In this document: positions 10,368-20,438 of the stretch, piece after piece
How the letters are laid out: each line of letters begins with the position of its first letter
Position numbering within the stretch: position 1 is the stretch's first letter
Assembly: GCA_934096405.1 (NCBI GenBank)
Contig: CAKOLW010000005.1
Span: 1-63,893, forward strand
Direction: 5' to 3'
Source of the DNA: an uncultured Bacilli bacterium
Lineage (GTDB): Bacteria > Bacillota_I > Bacilli_A > RF39 > UBA660
Length of the DNA: 63,893 nucleotides
The notes under the pieces: generated by a model
Database searches by the model: none
The model's input: the letters and a program-made list of their open reading frames with translations, nothing else
What the model was told of the DNA's origin: nothing
Translations under genes and position numbers: made by a program

Positions 10368-11809
10368 TTAGTGTCCTCCCTTATAATATTTTTCTTAGTT
10401 AAGAATGATGGTCTTTTTTTATTTTTAGCAATACTTGTTTTTATGAGAGAGTCTCCTAAATCTTTTGTTATTAATGGTGCGACTGGTAAAGTGTATGGTT
10501 TACCAAATGATTCAATTGAACACAAGTTAATTATTAGAAGTGTTATTCCCACTAAGAATCCAATTAGTCCAAAGAAACTTGAGAATATCATTAAAATATA
10601 TCTCCAAAATCTAATCGCGCCTTGCATATCATAGTAAATGAATATTAAGTTACTTAGGGATGCGATTGATATTACAATTACCATGATAGGAGAGATTAAT
10701 CCAGCGTTAACTGCTGCATCACCTAGTACTAAAGCTCCTAAAATAGATAGGCTTGTTCCACGATTAAATGGAGTTCTTGAGTCTCCTTCATAAAGTAATT
10801 CAAATGTAAACATAAGCACAAAAGCTTCAATTATCGCTGGGAATGGAACAGCACTTCTTTGCTCGGTAAAGTTTATAAGTAGACTTAATGGTAATAATTC
10901 TTGATCATAAGTAATGATTGCTATAAATAAAGCAGGTGTAATAATAGATAAAATAAATGCTATAAATCTTATCATTCTTATAAATGTTGCATAAAAACTT
11001 TTGTGATAATAGTCTTCACTATTCTTAAAGTAATCCATAAAGAAAGTGGGTGCAATTATTATACTTGGACTATTTTCTATAGTGATTATAACTCTTCCTT
11101 CAAGTAAAAATCTTGAAGCATCATCTGGTTTTTCTGAATAAATTAATGTAGGAAATAAAGTATATTTTCTTTTAACAACATATTCTTTAAAATTGTTAAC
11201 ATCAAATATTCCATCTATTTCTATTTTATTGATTGTATCTTTAATTTCTGTTACAATATTTTCTTCACATATGTTATCCATGTACATTATTCCAACTTTG
11301 GTATGTGTTTGTTTTCCAACAGTTAGTTCTTCTAAAGTTAGATGTTCACTTTTTAATCTTTTTCTTATTAAACCTATATTTTTATTATAATTTTCTGTAA
11401 ATGAATCTTTTGGACCTCTTATAACTGGTTCACTTGATGGTTCGGTGACACCACGATCTAAATCAGCACGAGTTTCATATGCCATTACTTCATTATTATA
11501 AATAACTATTGTGAATCCACTAAAAATATATTCCATTAATTCTTCTTTTGTTTTAACACTTTTATAATTAATTGAAGGTATATTTTCTTTAATATCTTTT
11601 TTAAAATTGTCTATTACTTTTAGATTTATTATGCTTTTATTACTAAAATACTTTAATATGAAATCATTGACTCTGTCTGATGAAGATACTGTTTCATTTG
11701 TAATTATATAAATACACTTAAAAGGACTGACTTTAATTTTTTTAACTATTAAGTCAGGTATATTTTTCTTAAGTTTTTCTAGTTCTTTTATTATCTCTTT
11801 GGTATTCAT
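10364..11809 (-). CDS. Spore germination protein, GerA/GerKA family A subunit
   Basis: 481 aa. Soluble N-domain with RGPKDSFTE and LIRKRLK motifs, and a C-terminal TM bundle (PFPAIIEAFVLMFTFELLYE) typical of the GerA family. Confidence 0.9.
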   Translation of the reverse strand: MNTKEIIKELEKLKKNIPDLIVKKIKVSPFKCIYIITNETVSSSDRVNDFILKYFSNKSIINLKVIDNFKKDIKENIPSINYKSVKTKEELMEYIFSGFTIVIYNNEVMAYETRADLDRGVTEPSSEPVIRGPKDSFTENYNKNIGLIRKRLKSEHLTLEELTVGKQTHTKVGIMYMDNICEENIVTEIKDTINKIEIDGIFDVNNFKEYVVKRKYTLFPTLIYSEKPDDASRFLLEGRVIITIENSPSIIIAPTFFMDYFKNSEDYYHKSFYATFIRMIRFIAFILSIITPALFIAIITYDQELLPLSLLINFTEQRSAVPFPAIIEAFVLMFTFELLYEGDSRTPFNRGTSLSILGALVLGDAAVNAGLISPIMVIVISIASLSNLIFIYYDMQGAIRFWRYILMIFSSFFGLIGFLVGITLLIINLCSIESFGKPYTLPVAPLITKDLGDSLIKTSIAKNKKRPSFLTKKNIIREDTK

Positions 11810-11915
11810 ATTTTTATTATTATCAACAATTATCTAATTATACTTTTGAAAACGAAGTAATAGACAATGGAAAGTTTTTTTGATAGAATTAGTTTATATA
11901 TTTAAGGGGATGTTA

Positions 11916-13019
11916 ATGATGAAAGTTACTATAACTGGTTTAAATCATGAAGGAGAAGGTATAGCTAGAGTAGGTGGTAAAGTTACATTTGTAAGTAATG
12001 CTTTAGAAGGAGAAACTGTTCTTATTGAAATAACTAAAGATCATAAAAAATATAATGAAGCTAAGGTAATTAAATATTTAACTATTTCTCCTGAAAGAAT
12101 TGAACCGATTTGTCCTTATTATGATGTGTGTGGTGGATGTGATTTAATGCATATGTCTTATGAAGATGAAATTGAGTTTAAGAAGGAAAAAGTAAAAAAT
12201 ATTTTAGAAAAATATGCTGGTGTAAATATTGAACCTGAGATTGTAAAGAGTGATAAGAGAGAAAATTATAGAAATAAAATTACTTTACATAAGGGATTTG
12301 ATAAACCAGGATATGTTAAAAGAAATAGCAGTGAAGTAATAGATATAGATGAGTGTAAATTAGCAAGTCCTTTTATTAACAATTATTTACAAAATAATAA
12401 TGTAAATGAAGATATTGTTATTAGAAGTAATGATAATGGTGAGGTTATATCTAGTAGTGATAAAACAATAATAATGAATATTAATAATTTAAAGTATCAA
12501 ATAGATATTAATTCTTTTTTTCAAGTTAATAATTATATAACTAGTAAAGTTTTTGAGCATATTATTAAATTTATAAATGAAGAAGATGTAGTACTTGATT
12601 TATATTCTGGAGTAGGAACTTTATCAATAATGGCAAGCACTAAGGCAAAATATGTTTATGGAATAGAAGTAAATGAGTTTTCTTATAAGAATGCGTTAGA
12701 TAATATTATTTTAAATAAAGTTAGTAATATTGAGTTTTTATGTGGTAAAGTAGAGGATAAAATTGATTTGATTAAAGAGAATATTACTACAATTATAACG
12801 GATCCACCTAGAAGTGGAATGGATAAGTATACTATAAGTGTTATTAAAGAAAAGAAACCTAAGAAAGTTATATATATGTCATGCGATCCAATTACACTAG
12901 CAAGAGATTTAAAGTTAATGAGTGATATTTACGAGATAAAAAGTATTACATTATTTGATATGTTTCCTTGTACTAAGCATATTGAAAGTGTAGTAATACT
13001 TAATTATAAAAATAATTGA
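11916..13019 (+). CDS. 23S rRNA (uracil-C5)-methyltransferase, RumA/RlmCD family
   Basis: TRAM-like N-terminus, Cys cluster CPYYDVCGGCDLMH, SAM motif DLYSGVGT, catalytic DPPRSG and MSCDP. Confidence 0.85.
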   Translation: MMKVTITGLNHEGEGIARVGGKVTFVSNALEGETVLIEITKDHKKYNEAKVIKYLTISPERIEPICPYYDVCGGCDLMHMSYEDEIEFKKEKVKNILEKYAGVNIEPEIVKSDKRENYRNKITLHKGFDKPGYVKRNSSEVIDIDECKLASPFINNYLQNNNVNEDIVIRSNDNGEVISSSDKTIIMNINNLKYQIDINSFFQVNNYITSKVFEHIIKFINEEDVVLDLYSGVGTLSIMASTKAKYVYGIEVNEFSYKNALDNIILNKVSNIEFLCGKVEDKIDLIKENITTIITDPPRSGMDKYTISVIKEKKPKKVIYMSCDPITLARDLKLMSDIYEIKSITLFDMFPCTKHIESVVILNYKNN

Positions 13020-13033
13020 AAGGATGTGTAGAA

Positions 13034-13768
13034 ATGGATACACTAGATGTTGTATTTGGTAATTCTTGTTATAATACTTTAAAAAATAGTCAATTAAATA
13101 GTAATATTTTGATGTTTAATGTTAAATTTAATGTAGGAGATTTGTCTGATATAGAGAAATTTAATATAAGAATACCTGAAGAATTATATTATGAAAAAAA
13201 TAATGTTTACTTTAAAGAAGAATATGATACAATTATTAAGAATATTGTTAATAAAAATAAAATAAGAGTATGGACTGGTAAAAAAGATATTTATTCATAT
13301 TTGATTATGCTTTATATTTCTAGCGTAGTAAAAAAATATGAATATGATTTATATGTTCTTTATTGTGATGAATATGATGAGAATTATCCATCTCCAAGTG
13401 TAATGAATGAAGAAGAATTAAGGTTGTTATCTAAACTTGAACATAAATTATCAGTTAAAGAGATAAATGATAATGTTAAGATTTGGAATGATCTAATTAA
13501 TAAAAATACGGATTTAAGAGTAATTGATAATAATGATATAAAATCTGTGTCATTTGACTTTTATGATAATTTTATTTTAGATACTTTGAAAATAATGGGT
13601 AAGGTTAAGATAAGTAGTTTAGTAGGCAAGTTAATGCAAAAAGTTTATTTACATGATAATATGTGGGTTTATTTAATAGAGAGATTAATTGAAAAACATA
13701 TGATTAAAATAAATATAGATAATAGCATTAGGTATTTTGATAATTATGTGGAATTTATAAATGATTAA
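13034..13768 (+). CDS. DUF1835/DUF3658-like protein
   Basis: The N-terminus LDVVFGNSCYNTLKNS resembles the DUF1835 start. Family recall only. Confidence 0.45.
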   Translation: MDTLDVVFGNSCYNTLKNSQLNSNILMFNVKFNVGDLSDIEKFNIRIPEELYYEKNNVYFKEEYDTIIKNIVNKNKIRVWTGKKDIYSYLIMLYISSVVKKYEYDLYVLYCDEYDENYPSPSVMNEEELRLLSKLEHKLSVKEINDNVKIWNDLINKNTDLRVIDNNDIKSVSFDFYDNFILDTLKIMGKVKISSLVGKLMQKVYLHDNMWVYLIERLIEKHMIKINIDNSIRYFDNYVEFIND

Positions 13769-13846
13769 TAATCTAGAAAAGTTAGAAAAAAATAAAATAA
13801 TATTTAAAAATGTTGTATAATAGATTAAGTCAAGGAGAAATATAAA

Positions 13847-14167
13847 ATGAGTAAATATTGTGTTGTAGAAATAGCTTATGATAATAAAGATGAAGTAGAT
13901 AAAACTAAAAATGAATTATTAGCTAAAAGATTAGTGGCTAGTTGTCATGTTTTAGAAAGTGAAAGTAGTTATGTATCGAGAGGCGAAGTGAAAAATAAAA
14001 AAGAATATTTATTAGAACTTTTAACAATTATGTCAAAAGTTGATGAAATACGTGATGTTGTTAAGTCTATACATAGTTATGAATGTTTTGAGTTTGCTAC
14101 ATATCCTATTACAAGTATCAATGAATCTTATTTAGATTGGATAGATAAGGAAATTAATAATGAATAA
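13847..14167 (+). CDS. cutA: Divalent-cation tolerance protein CutA
   Basis: 106 aa. RLVASCHV...EYLLELLT...HSYECFEF pattern of the CutA1 family. Confidence 0.75.
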   Translation: MSKYCVVEIAYDNKDEVDKTKNELLAKRLVASCHVLESESSYVSRGEVKNKKEYLLELLTIMSKVDEIRDVVKSIHSYECFEFATYPITSINESYLDWIDKEINNE

Positions 14168-14331
14168 GTATGAACCTTTATGGAAATATTTAAAAGATAA
14201 TAAAAAAGAATTAAATGATTATGGTTATGTTGTTAAAAAAATAAGTATGAAAGAAAAGTTTATACTATTTGATAAATTATAACAAAACTCTGGTATTAAT
14301 GATATAATATATATAGGTATAGGAGGACATT

Positions 14332-15348
14332 ATGAAAAAGAAAATGTTATTGTTTATTATGTGTGGGGTTATGGCTTTAATGTTAACTGGGTGTGGTGGT
14401 ACTAAAGTCAAAATTAGAGATGTAGAAACAAAAGCTGTTAAACTTACTGATTATGATAATGGTTTGGTTAAGTTAAAAGTACCTGAAGGCTGGAAAGTAG
14501 TTACTTTAGGTGATTATATTCATTATACTTTAAAAGCTTATAATCCTGAAAATCCTACTTATCAATTCTTCTTTAATATGAAAACAGAAGGGTATAATAA
14601 ATCAGAAGAGGCTAAAGCATTTCAACAAAGATATTATCCTGATAGTATGTTTGCTAAGACTAGTGTAATAGCTACTAAAGATACAGAAGGTTTTTATAAG
14701 ATATTTAATGATTTAGGACCTTTAAATAATACAAGTGAATTTACTTTTCCAATTTTAAATGATTTTACTGTTGTAGAGAATTTAGGTAAAGGATTGATTG
14801 GTGGGGACATTTTGAGAGCGACTTTTACTGATGATACTGGAAAATCTGGAGAAGGAATTTTTACTGCATATGTATATGATGTTGGACCATATTATGTAAA
14901 TGAATATATTATGTCAGGTAAACAAATTGATATTTATTATTTAAATGTATATGAAGCGATGTTTTTTACAGCACCTAAAGATGAACTTATAAATTGGCAA
15001 GATACTTTAAATACAATAGCTAGTTCATTAGAGTTTAGTGATACATTTATAAATGGATTTTATAGTCAACAAGATGCAGTTATGAAGAATTTCCAAAATG
15101 TTAGAAATATATGTAATCAAATTAGTGATGGTATAATGGATTCTTGGGAAAAGAGAAATGCTAGTTTTGATATAATGAGTCAAAAACAAAGTGATGCTAC
15201 TTTAGGTTATGAAAGAGTGTATGATACTGAAACAAATGAAGTTTATAAAGCATATAATGGATTTACTGATGATTATGATGGTGAAAGATATAAATCAGTA
15301 ACTGATGATATGTATACTAAAGGTATAAGTGGTTATATTGAAAAGTAA
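14332..15348 (+). CDS. Lipoprotein of unknown function
   Basis: Signal peptide with lipobox LTGCGG, an aggagga SD and a downstream terminator hairpin (agtaga..tctact TTTT). Confidence 0.7.
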   Translation: MKKKMLLFIMCGVMALMLTGCGGTKVKIRDVETKAVKLTDYDNGLVKLKVPEGWKVVTLGDYIHYTLKAYNPENPTYQFFFNMKTEGYNKSEEAKAFQQRYYPDSMFAKTSVIATKDTEGFYKIFNDLGPLNNTSEFTFPILNDFTVVENLGKGLIGGDILRATFTDDTGKSGEGIFTAYVYDVGPYYVNEYIMSGKQIDIYYLNVYEAMFFTAPKDELINWQDTLNTIASSLEFSDTFINGFYSQQDAVMKNFQNVRNICNQISDGIMDSWEKRNASFDIMSQKQSDATLGYERVYDTETNEVYKAYNGFTDDYDGERYKSVTDDMYTKGISGYIEK

Positions 15349-15455
15349 ATAAGTAGATTAAGGTCTACTTTTTATGTAGAGATAAATATTAATTAAAAAG
15401 TGAGTCAAGGGTGTAAAAATTGTTTTATATATAAAATAGATGAAAGATATGATAG

Positions 15456-15683
15456 AGATACAACTATTATTTATTACAAGGGGGTAAGACTACACTTGAA
15501 AAAATTAAATATTGTGTTCCAGATGATTGGGGCGATGGTTGGAAACATGTACATATTAGTGTTTCTATAGAGAATCAAGAAATGGCTGATAAAAGAGTTC
15601 CTGAATTATTAAAAGCACCTGTTAAACATAGAGAAGTATTTTGTTCTCCTTTAATAGGCCCATTGACACTTAATAAATATTAG
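15456..15683 (+). pseudogene. Internal fragment of a DUF5131 (phage Gp37/Gp68-like) gene
   Basis: Start-less open frame ...WKHVHISVSIENQEMADKRVPELLKAPVKHREVFCSPLIGPL... resembles the conserved core of DUF5131. It has no start codon or N-terminal half and is preceded by several stops. Confidence 0.45.
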
Positions 15684-15699
15684 ATACTGGTCTTATAAA

Positions 15700-15768
15700 A
15701 TTATTAAAATTTCTTACTTCAGTTTCAGAATAGTTATGTACTTTATCTTTTTTATCACTAAAATCTCT
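15700..15768. repeat. Inverted 69-bp copy of an internal segment of the 16446..17078 gene
   Basis: The reverse complement of 15700..15768 equals 16767..16835 with one mismatch (hand alignment). Confidence 0.85.
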
Positions 15769-15816
15769 ACTTTTATTTTCTAATAAAATATGGTAATATG
15801 TTGTCAGGTGATATGT

Positions 15817-16431
15817 GTGAAATTAAATGAGTTGAAATGTAAGAATTGTGGAGCTAAGTTGAGCGTTCCTGAAAAGACTGAAACTGTGACATGTAAGTAT
15901 TGTCATACTACTTTTAGTGTAGATACTTCTTATAGTGAGGGTTATAATTATACTAAAGGTGTCTTGGATGCACAGGATGAAAAACAACAAGAACAAATAG
16001 AAAGAGCTAGAGAGTTTATGAAAAAAAATCCTGGTGTAATTGTATCTAAAATTTTTGCAGTTTTCATTATTATCTTAGTAATTGCAATATTTGGTTTTAT
16101 TGGGTATACAATGTTTAAAAATATAAGCGATTATGATAAGAGTGATGAAGAATGGGATAAAGAATGGGAAGTAACTAAATTTAATAATGGATTTTTAAAT
16201 TATAATGGTACTAAAAGTGGATTTTGGGTTAAAGATTATTTGGATGATATAGTTGATAGTAATAAGACTAATAAAAGTCACATTATAACAGTTGCTTATA
16301 ATGATATTAAAACTAGTGATTCAACTGAAATAATAAATATGAAAAAAAGTATTGATGAAAATAAAAAGTATGAAGTAATTGTTGATTATGATGAAAATGG
16401 TTTCTTCTATTTAATGACAATCGAGGATTAA
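15817..16431 (+). CDS. Zinc-ribbon/TM/extracytoplasmic-domain protein, paralog 1
   Basis: CKNCGAK...CKYCHTTF zinc ribbon, one TM, C-terminal domain. A GTG start at 15817 after an aggtg SD mirrors paralog 2. Confidence 0.7.
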   Translation: MKLNELKCKNCGAKLSVPEKTETVTCKYCHTTFSVDTSYSEGYNYTKGVLDAQDEKQQEQIERAREFMKKNPGVIVSKIFAVFIIILVIAIFGFIGYTMFKNISDYDKSDEEWDKEWEVTKFNNGFLNYNGTKSGFWVKDYLDDIVDSNKTNKSHIITVAYNDIKTSDSTEIINMKKSIDENKKYEVIVDYDENGFFYLMTIED

Positions 16432-16445
16432 TCTAGGTGGTATAA

Positions 16446-17078
16446 GTGAAACTAAATGAGTTAAAATGTAAGAATTGTGGAGCTAAGATAAGTGTTCCTG
16501 AAAAGACTGAAACTGTGACATGTAAGTATTGTCATACTACTTTTAGTGTAGATACTTCTTATAGTGAAGGCTATAATTATACTAAAGGTGTCTTAGATGC
16601 TCAAGAAGAGAAACAACAAAAGCAACAACAAGAACAAATGGAAAGAGCTAAGGAATTTATGAATAGTAGTTATATGTCAAAGGCTACTAAATTTACTACT
16701 ATATTTATGATTATTTTAGCTATTTTATTTATTGTAGTTGTAGCTTATAATGTGGTTAAAATAAGCAGAGATTTTAGTGATAAAAAAGATAAAGTACATA
16801 ACTATTCTGAAACTGAAGTGAGAAATTTTAATAATAACTTTCTAAATTATAATGGTACTAAAAGTGGGGATTGGGTTAAAGATTATTTGGATGATATAGT
16901 TGATAGTAATAAGACTAATAAAAGTCACATTATAACAGTTGTTTATAATGATATTAAAACTAGTGATTCAACTGAAATAATAAATATGAAAAAAAGTATT
17001 GATGAAAATAAAAAGTATGAAGTAATTGTTGATTATGATGAAAATGGTTTCTTCTATTTAATGACAATCGAGGAATAA
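16446..17078 (+). CDS. Zinc-ribbon/TM/extracytoplasmic-domain protein, paralog 2
   Basis: Same architecture. The 5' ~150 nt and 3' ~230 nt are nearly identical to paralog 1, while the middle has diverged. Confidence 0.75.
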   Translation: MKLNELKCKNCGAKISVPEKTETVTCKYCHTTFSVDTSYSEGYNYTKGVLDAQEEKQQKQQQEQMERAKEFMNSSYMSKATKFTTIFMIILAILFIVVVAYNVVKISRDFSDKKDKVHNYSETEVRNFNNNFLNYNGTKSGDWVKDYLDDIVDSNKTNKSHIITVVYNDIKTSDSTEIINMKKSIDENKKYEVIVDYDENGFFYLMTIEE

Positions 17079-17381
17079 ATGCAAATATTTTTAATTATAG
17101 TTATTATTTGTTTTGCTTTTGTTATAGGAAATCATATATTAGATATGAAAGCACCTGAAGAAAAAGTTGAAGCTAGGTTGGTTAATAAAAAGATAGAGAG
17201 TATTATAGATAGTAATAATGTAATGCATGAAAATTATTTATTGTATTTTGAATACCATAATCAGGTAAAACATTTTAGTGTAAGATATTCAGTATATAAT
17301 AAATATAAAAAGAATACTAAAGGTTATTTAATACATAAAAGAAATAAATTTGTTGATTTTATAATAGATGAAGTATATTAA
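17079..17381 (+). CDS. DUF2500-like small membrane-anchored protein
   Basis: 100 aa with an N-terminal TM. The start abuts the stop of the upstream gene. Confidence 0.55.
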   Translation: MQIFLIIVIICFAFVIGNHILDMKAPEEKVEARLVNKKIESIIDSNNVMHENYLLYFEYHNQVKHFSVRYSVYNKYKKNTKGYLIHKRNKFVDFIIDEVY

Positions 17382-17453
17382 ACTAAAACTCCACACTTAG
17401 TTTGTATACTTTTTCTTTAATAGTTTTTATAATTATTATGGAAGGGTGAGATA

Positions 17454-18860
17454 ATGAATCAGACAAAAATTGGTAAATATTTATCTAAAAAGAGAAAAGA
17501 AAAAGGATTAACTCAGGTAGAGATGGCTAAGATTATTGGAGTTACTGATCGTGCAATATCTAATTGGGAAAATGGTAGAAGAATACCTGATGTAAGTTTA
17601 TTTAATAATATTTGTGAGGTATTAGATATTACAGTTAATGAACTAATAAATGGAGAAGATATTTCTAAAGATAAAGTTATAAGTAAGAATAATGAATCTT
17701 TGATTAAAGTGTTAAAGAATAATAAAAATAATAAAAGAAGGTTTATTTATGTATTAGGAATATCTATAGTGTTTGTGTTTACATTAATCTTTTGGAGTTA
17801 TAAGAGTATTTATCCTAAGATAGATATTTATAGTATTATATTAGATGCAGATGATCCTGATAAAGGTTTTAAAACTATTAAGAAGTTTACTTATGATAAT
17901 AGAGATTATTACTACTATGGTATTACTGGAGTTAGTCTGTGTGATATAAATGGAAAGTGTTATGAATTAGAATCTAGTTTGAAACATGGACAAACGAGTT
18001 TAACTAAAATTAATGAATATTTAGATAGTCAAGTAAATTTAGGGAATACTACTAGTGAATTTCTTTATGATGGTGGGACTACTATATATGGAAATGAAAG
18101 ATATCAAATAGCGATATGTAAAACTTTAGATGATAATAAAGATGTTTATATTGGATTAGATGATATGATTAATAATTTAAATGGTAAATATTGTGGACGA
18201 AGTGAAAATAAAGATAAGAGTTTTAAAAGAACATATTATGTAAGTAGTGCTTCTATAAGCGATGATAAAGAATTTAGCAAAGTACATTTAGTTCAAAGTG
18301 ATGGAGAGTCAGATTATGTTTTACTTAATATTACTAATAATTTAGTTGTTGGTAAGACTTATGAGTTTTCGTTTTTGGCTTTTGATGAGTTTGAAGATAC
18401 AATATCTAATTTATTTGAATATGCAACTATTATAGATATTAAATTAGCAGAAGAAGATATAAATGAAGATATTATTGTTAATGAAAAATATGAAAGTAAT
18501 GGAGAGTTAAATGAAGTAGATAATGTTAGTATGGAGATAATGGAGGGCACTTTAACAAAAGAGGGCGCTAGTGTAATAATAACTGATTTAAATAAAGATA
18601 AAAATGGATTTGGTTTATATTATAGAATAGATAAAAAAGAAAATGATGAGTGGAAACCATTGGAAATAATATGTGATAATTGTGCATTTAATGAGCCAGC
18701 ATACTTTGTTGATAGAAATAATAAATTAGTATTTCATATGAATTGGAAAGAATTATATGGACCATTAGATAAGGGATACTATAGAATAGTAAAAGATGTA
18801 TGTGTTGGTGAATTTTGTGAAAGTCATAAATATTTTTCAGTAGAATTTAAAATTGATTAA
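17454..18860 (+). CDS. Membrane-tethered XRE-family HTH regulator with a large extracytoplasmic domain
   Basis: N-terminal HTH (KGLTQVEMAKIIGVTDRAISNWENGRRIP), TM (FIYVLGISIVFVFTLIFW) and a ~350-aa C-terminal region. Confidence 0.8.
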   Translation: MNQTKIGKYLSKKRKEKGLTQVEMAKIIGVTDRAISNWENGRRIPDVSLFNNICEVLDITVNELINGEDISKDKVISKNNESLIKVLKNNKNNKRRFIYVLGISIVFVFTLIFWSYKSIYPKIDIYSIILDADDPDKGFKTIKKFTYDNRDYYYYGITGVSLCDINGKCYELESSLKHGQTSLTKINEYLDSQVNLGNTTSEFLYDGGTTIYGNERYQIAICKTLDDNKDVYIGLDDMINNLNGKYCGRSENKDKSFKRTYYVSSASISDDKEFSKVHLVQSDGESDYVLLNITNNLVVGKTYEFSFLAFDEFEDTISNLFEYATIIDIKLAEEDINEDIIVNEKYESNGELNEVDNVSMEIMEGTLTKEGASVIITDLNKDKNGFGLYYRIDKKENDEWKPLEIICDNCAFNEPAYFVDRNNKLVFHMNWKELYGPLDKGYYRIVKDVCVGEFCESHKYFSVEFKID

Positions 18861-18899
18861 GTTCTACTTTTTCTATATAATATTCTTAGTGGTGGTAGT

Positions 18900-20405
18900 A
18901 TGGATATAAAGAGTATTAAAAAAGAAGCAAGAAAGAATGTAAAAAGAAATTATTTTAAGAAAGTATTAATTGTGTTTTTATGTTCATTACTAGTATATGG
19001 TAAAGTTACTTATACTAATATATTAGATGTAGATTTAACTAATAAAACAAATTTAGATTTAATTAATAAGTATGATATTAAAACTAATACTGAGATTTTA
19101 GATGAACTTCTAGATAAAACTAATAAAGAAAAGAAAATAGAAGAAGAAATATCTAAAAGATATACTAAGGGTGTACTTTCTCTTTTTATTAATGAATTAA
19201 CTGAAACAAAGAGTCTTATATTTACATTATTAAATGGTGTAAATAAGATACTTGGTGGTAGATTATCTTCTGCAGTTATTATATTTTTATCTACAATTGT
19301 TTTATATTTTATTAAGAATTTTATATTAAAACCTTTAGTAGTGGGTAAGAAAAGATATTTTTTAGAAGAGAATACTTATAATAAGACTAAAATGGAGAGA
19401 GTTGTTTATCCATATAAGAAAAAGAAGATGTTTAGTATATCTTGGATATTATTTGTTAGAGATATTTATTTGACAATATGGAGTTTAACAATAGTTGGAT
19501 ATTTTATAAAGAAATACGAGTATATGATGATAGAGTATATTTTAGCTGAAAATCCTAATATTAAGTTAAAAGATGCTTTTAGAATTAGTAAAGATATGAC
19601 TTATGGGTATAAGTGGGATATGTTTAAGTTGGATATATCTATATTATTATGGAGATTACTTAGTGTAGTGACTTTTGATTTATTAAATATATTTTATACT
19701 AATGTTTATAGAGAAAGTATATATTTAGAAGTATTTAATAGATTAAGAAAAGATTATAAGAATGAATTATTAAATGATAAGTTACTTTATGAAAATAAAG
19801 ATAATCTTAGTGTTTATCCTGATGTGTGGAGTAAGTTTACTATTAAAGTTGGTGAAAGAAAAGAATATTCTTTAATAAGTTATATATTATTCTTCTTTAC
19901 ATTTAGTTTTGTAGGTTGGATATGGGAAGTTGGTTTACATTTGATAAATGATGGAGTATTTGTTAATCGTGGTACGATGCATGGACCTTGGATACCTATT
20001 TATGGAATAGGTGGTGTGTTAATACTTTTGTTATTAAAGAAATATTATAATAATCCTTTTAAACTTTTTGTGGCATCTTTTATATTATGTGGTATAGTAG
20101 AATACTTTTTTGGATGGGTACTTGAAACATTTATACATATGAGATATTGGAATTATAGTGGGTATTTTATAAATATTAAAGGAAGAGTATGTTTAGAAGG
20201 ACTTATTGTATTTGGATTGGGTGGAGTTGGATTTACATATATCTTTGCGCCTATATTAGATAATTTCTATAAAAAAATAAATGATAAGTTTAAGAAAGTA
20301 TTGTGTACAATATTAATAAGTGTATTCCTGGTTGATTTATTTATATCTAATTTTGTATATCCGAATACTGGGAAAGGTATATCGAGTGAAGTGAAGAGTA
20401 GATAA
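18900..20405 (+). CDS. Polytopic membrane protein, apparent DUF975-like N-half fused to a PF06541-like (putative ABC-transporter type IV) C-half
   Basis: N-half has hydrophobic hairpins with RISKDMTYGYKWDMF. C-half has FSFVGWIWEV...NRGTMHGPWIPIYGIGG. Family recall only. Confidence 0.55.
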   Translation: MDIKSIKKEARKNVKRNYFKKVLIVFLCSLLVYGKVTYTNILDVDLTNKTNLDLINKYDIKTNTEILDELLDKTNKEKKIEEEISKRYTKGVLSLFINELTETKSLIFTLLNGVNKILGGRLSSAVIIFLSTIVLYFIKNFILKPLVVGKKRYFLEENTYNKTKMERVVYPYKKKKMFSISWILFVRDIYLTIWSLTIVGYFIKKYEYMMIEYILAENPNIKLKDAFRISKDMTYGYKWDMFKLDISILLWRLLSVVTFDLLNIFYTNVYRESIYLEVFNRLRKDYKNELLNDKLLYENKDNLSVYPDVWSKFTIKVGERKEYSLISYILFFFTFSFVGWIWEVGLHLINDGVFVNRGTMHGPWIPIYGIGGVLILLLLKKYYNNPFKLFVASFILCGIVEYFFGWVLETFIHMRYWNYSGYFINIKGRVCLEGLIVFGLGGVGFTYIFAPILDNFYKKINDKFKKVLCTILISVFLVDLFISNFVYPNTGKGISSEVKSR

Positions 20406-20438
20406 TATTCTTCATTTTTGTTATAATATATGTAGGAG

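Noticed and set aside
14160-14282. 40-codon ORF (MNKYEPLWKYLKDNKKELNDYGYVVKKISMKEKFILFDKL) overlapping the cutA stop.
   Set aside because: It resembles the two ends of a small conserved protein family (YEPLxxYL...) with the middle missing. That makes it probably a deletion remnant, and I cannot support a function or its expression.
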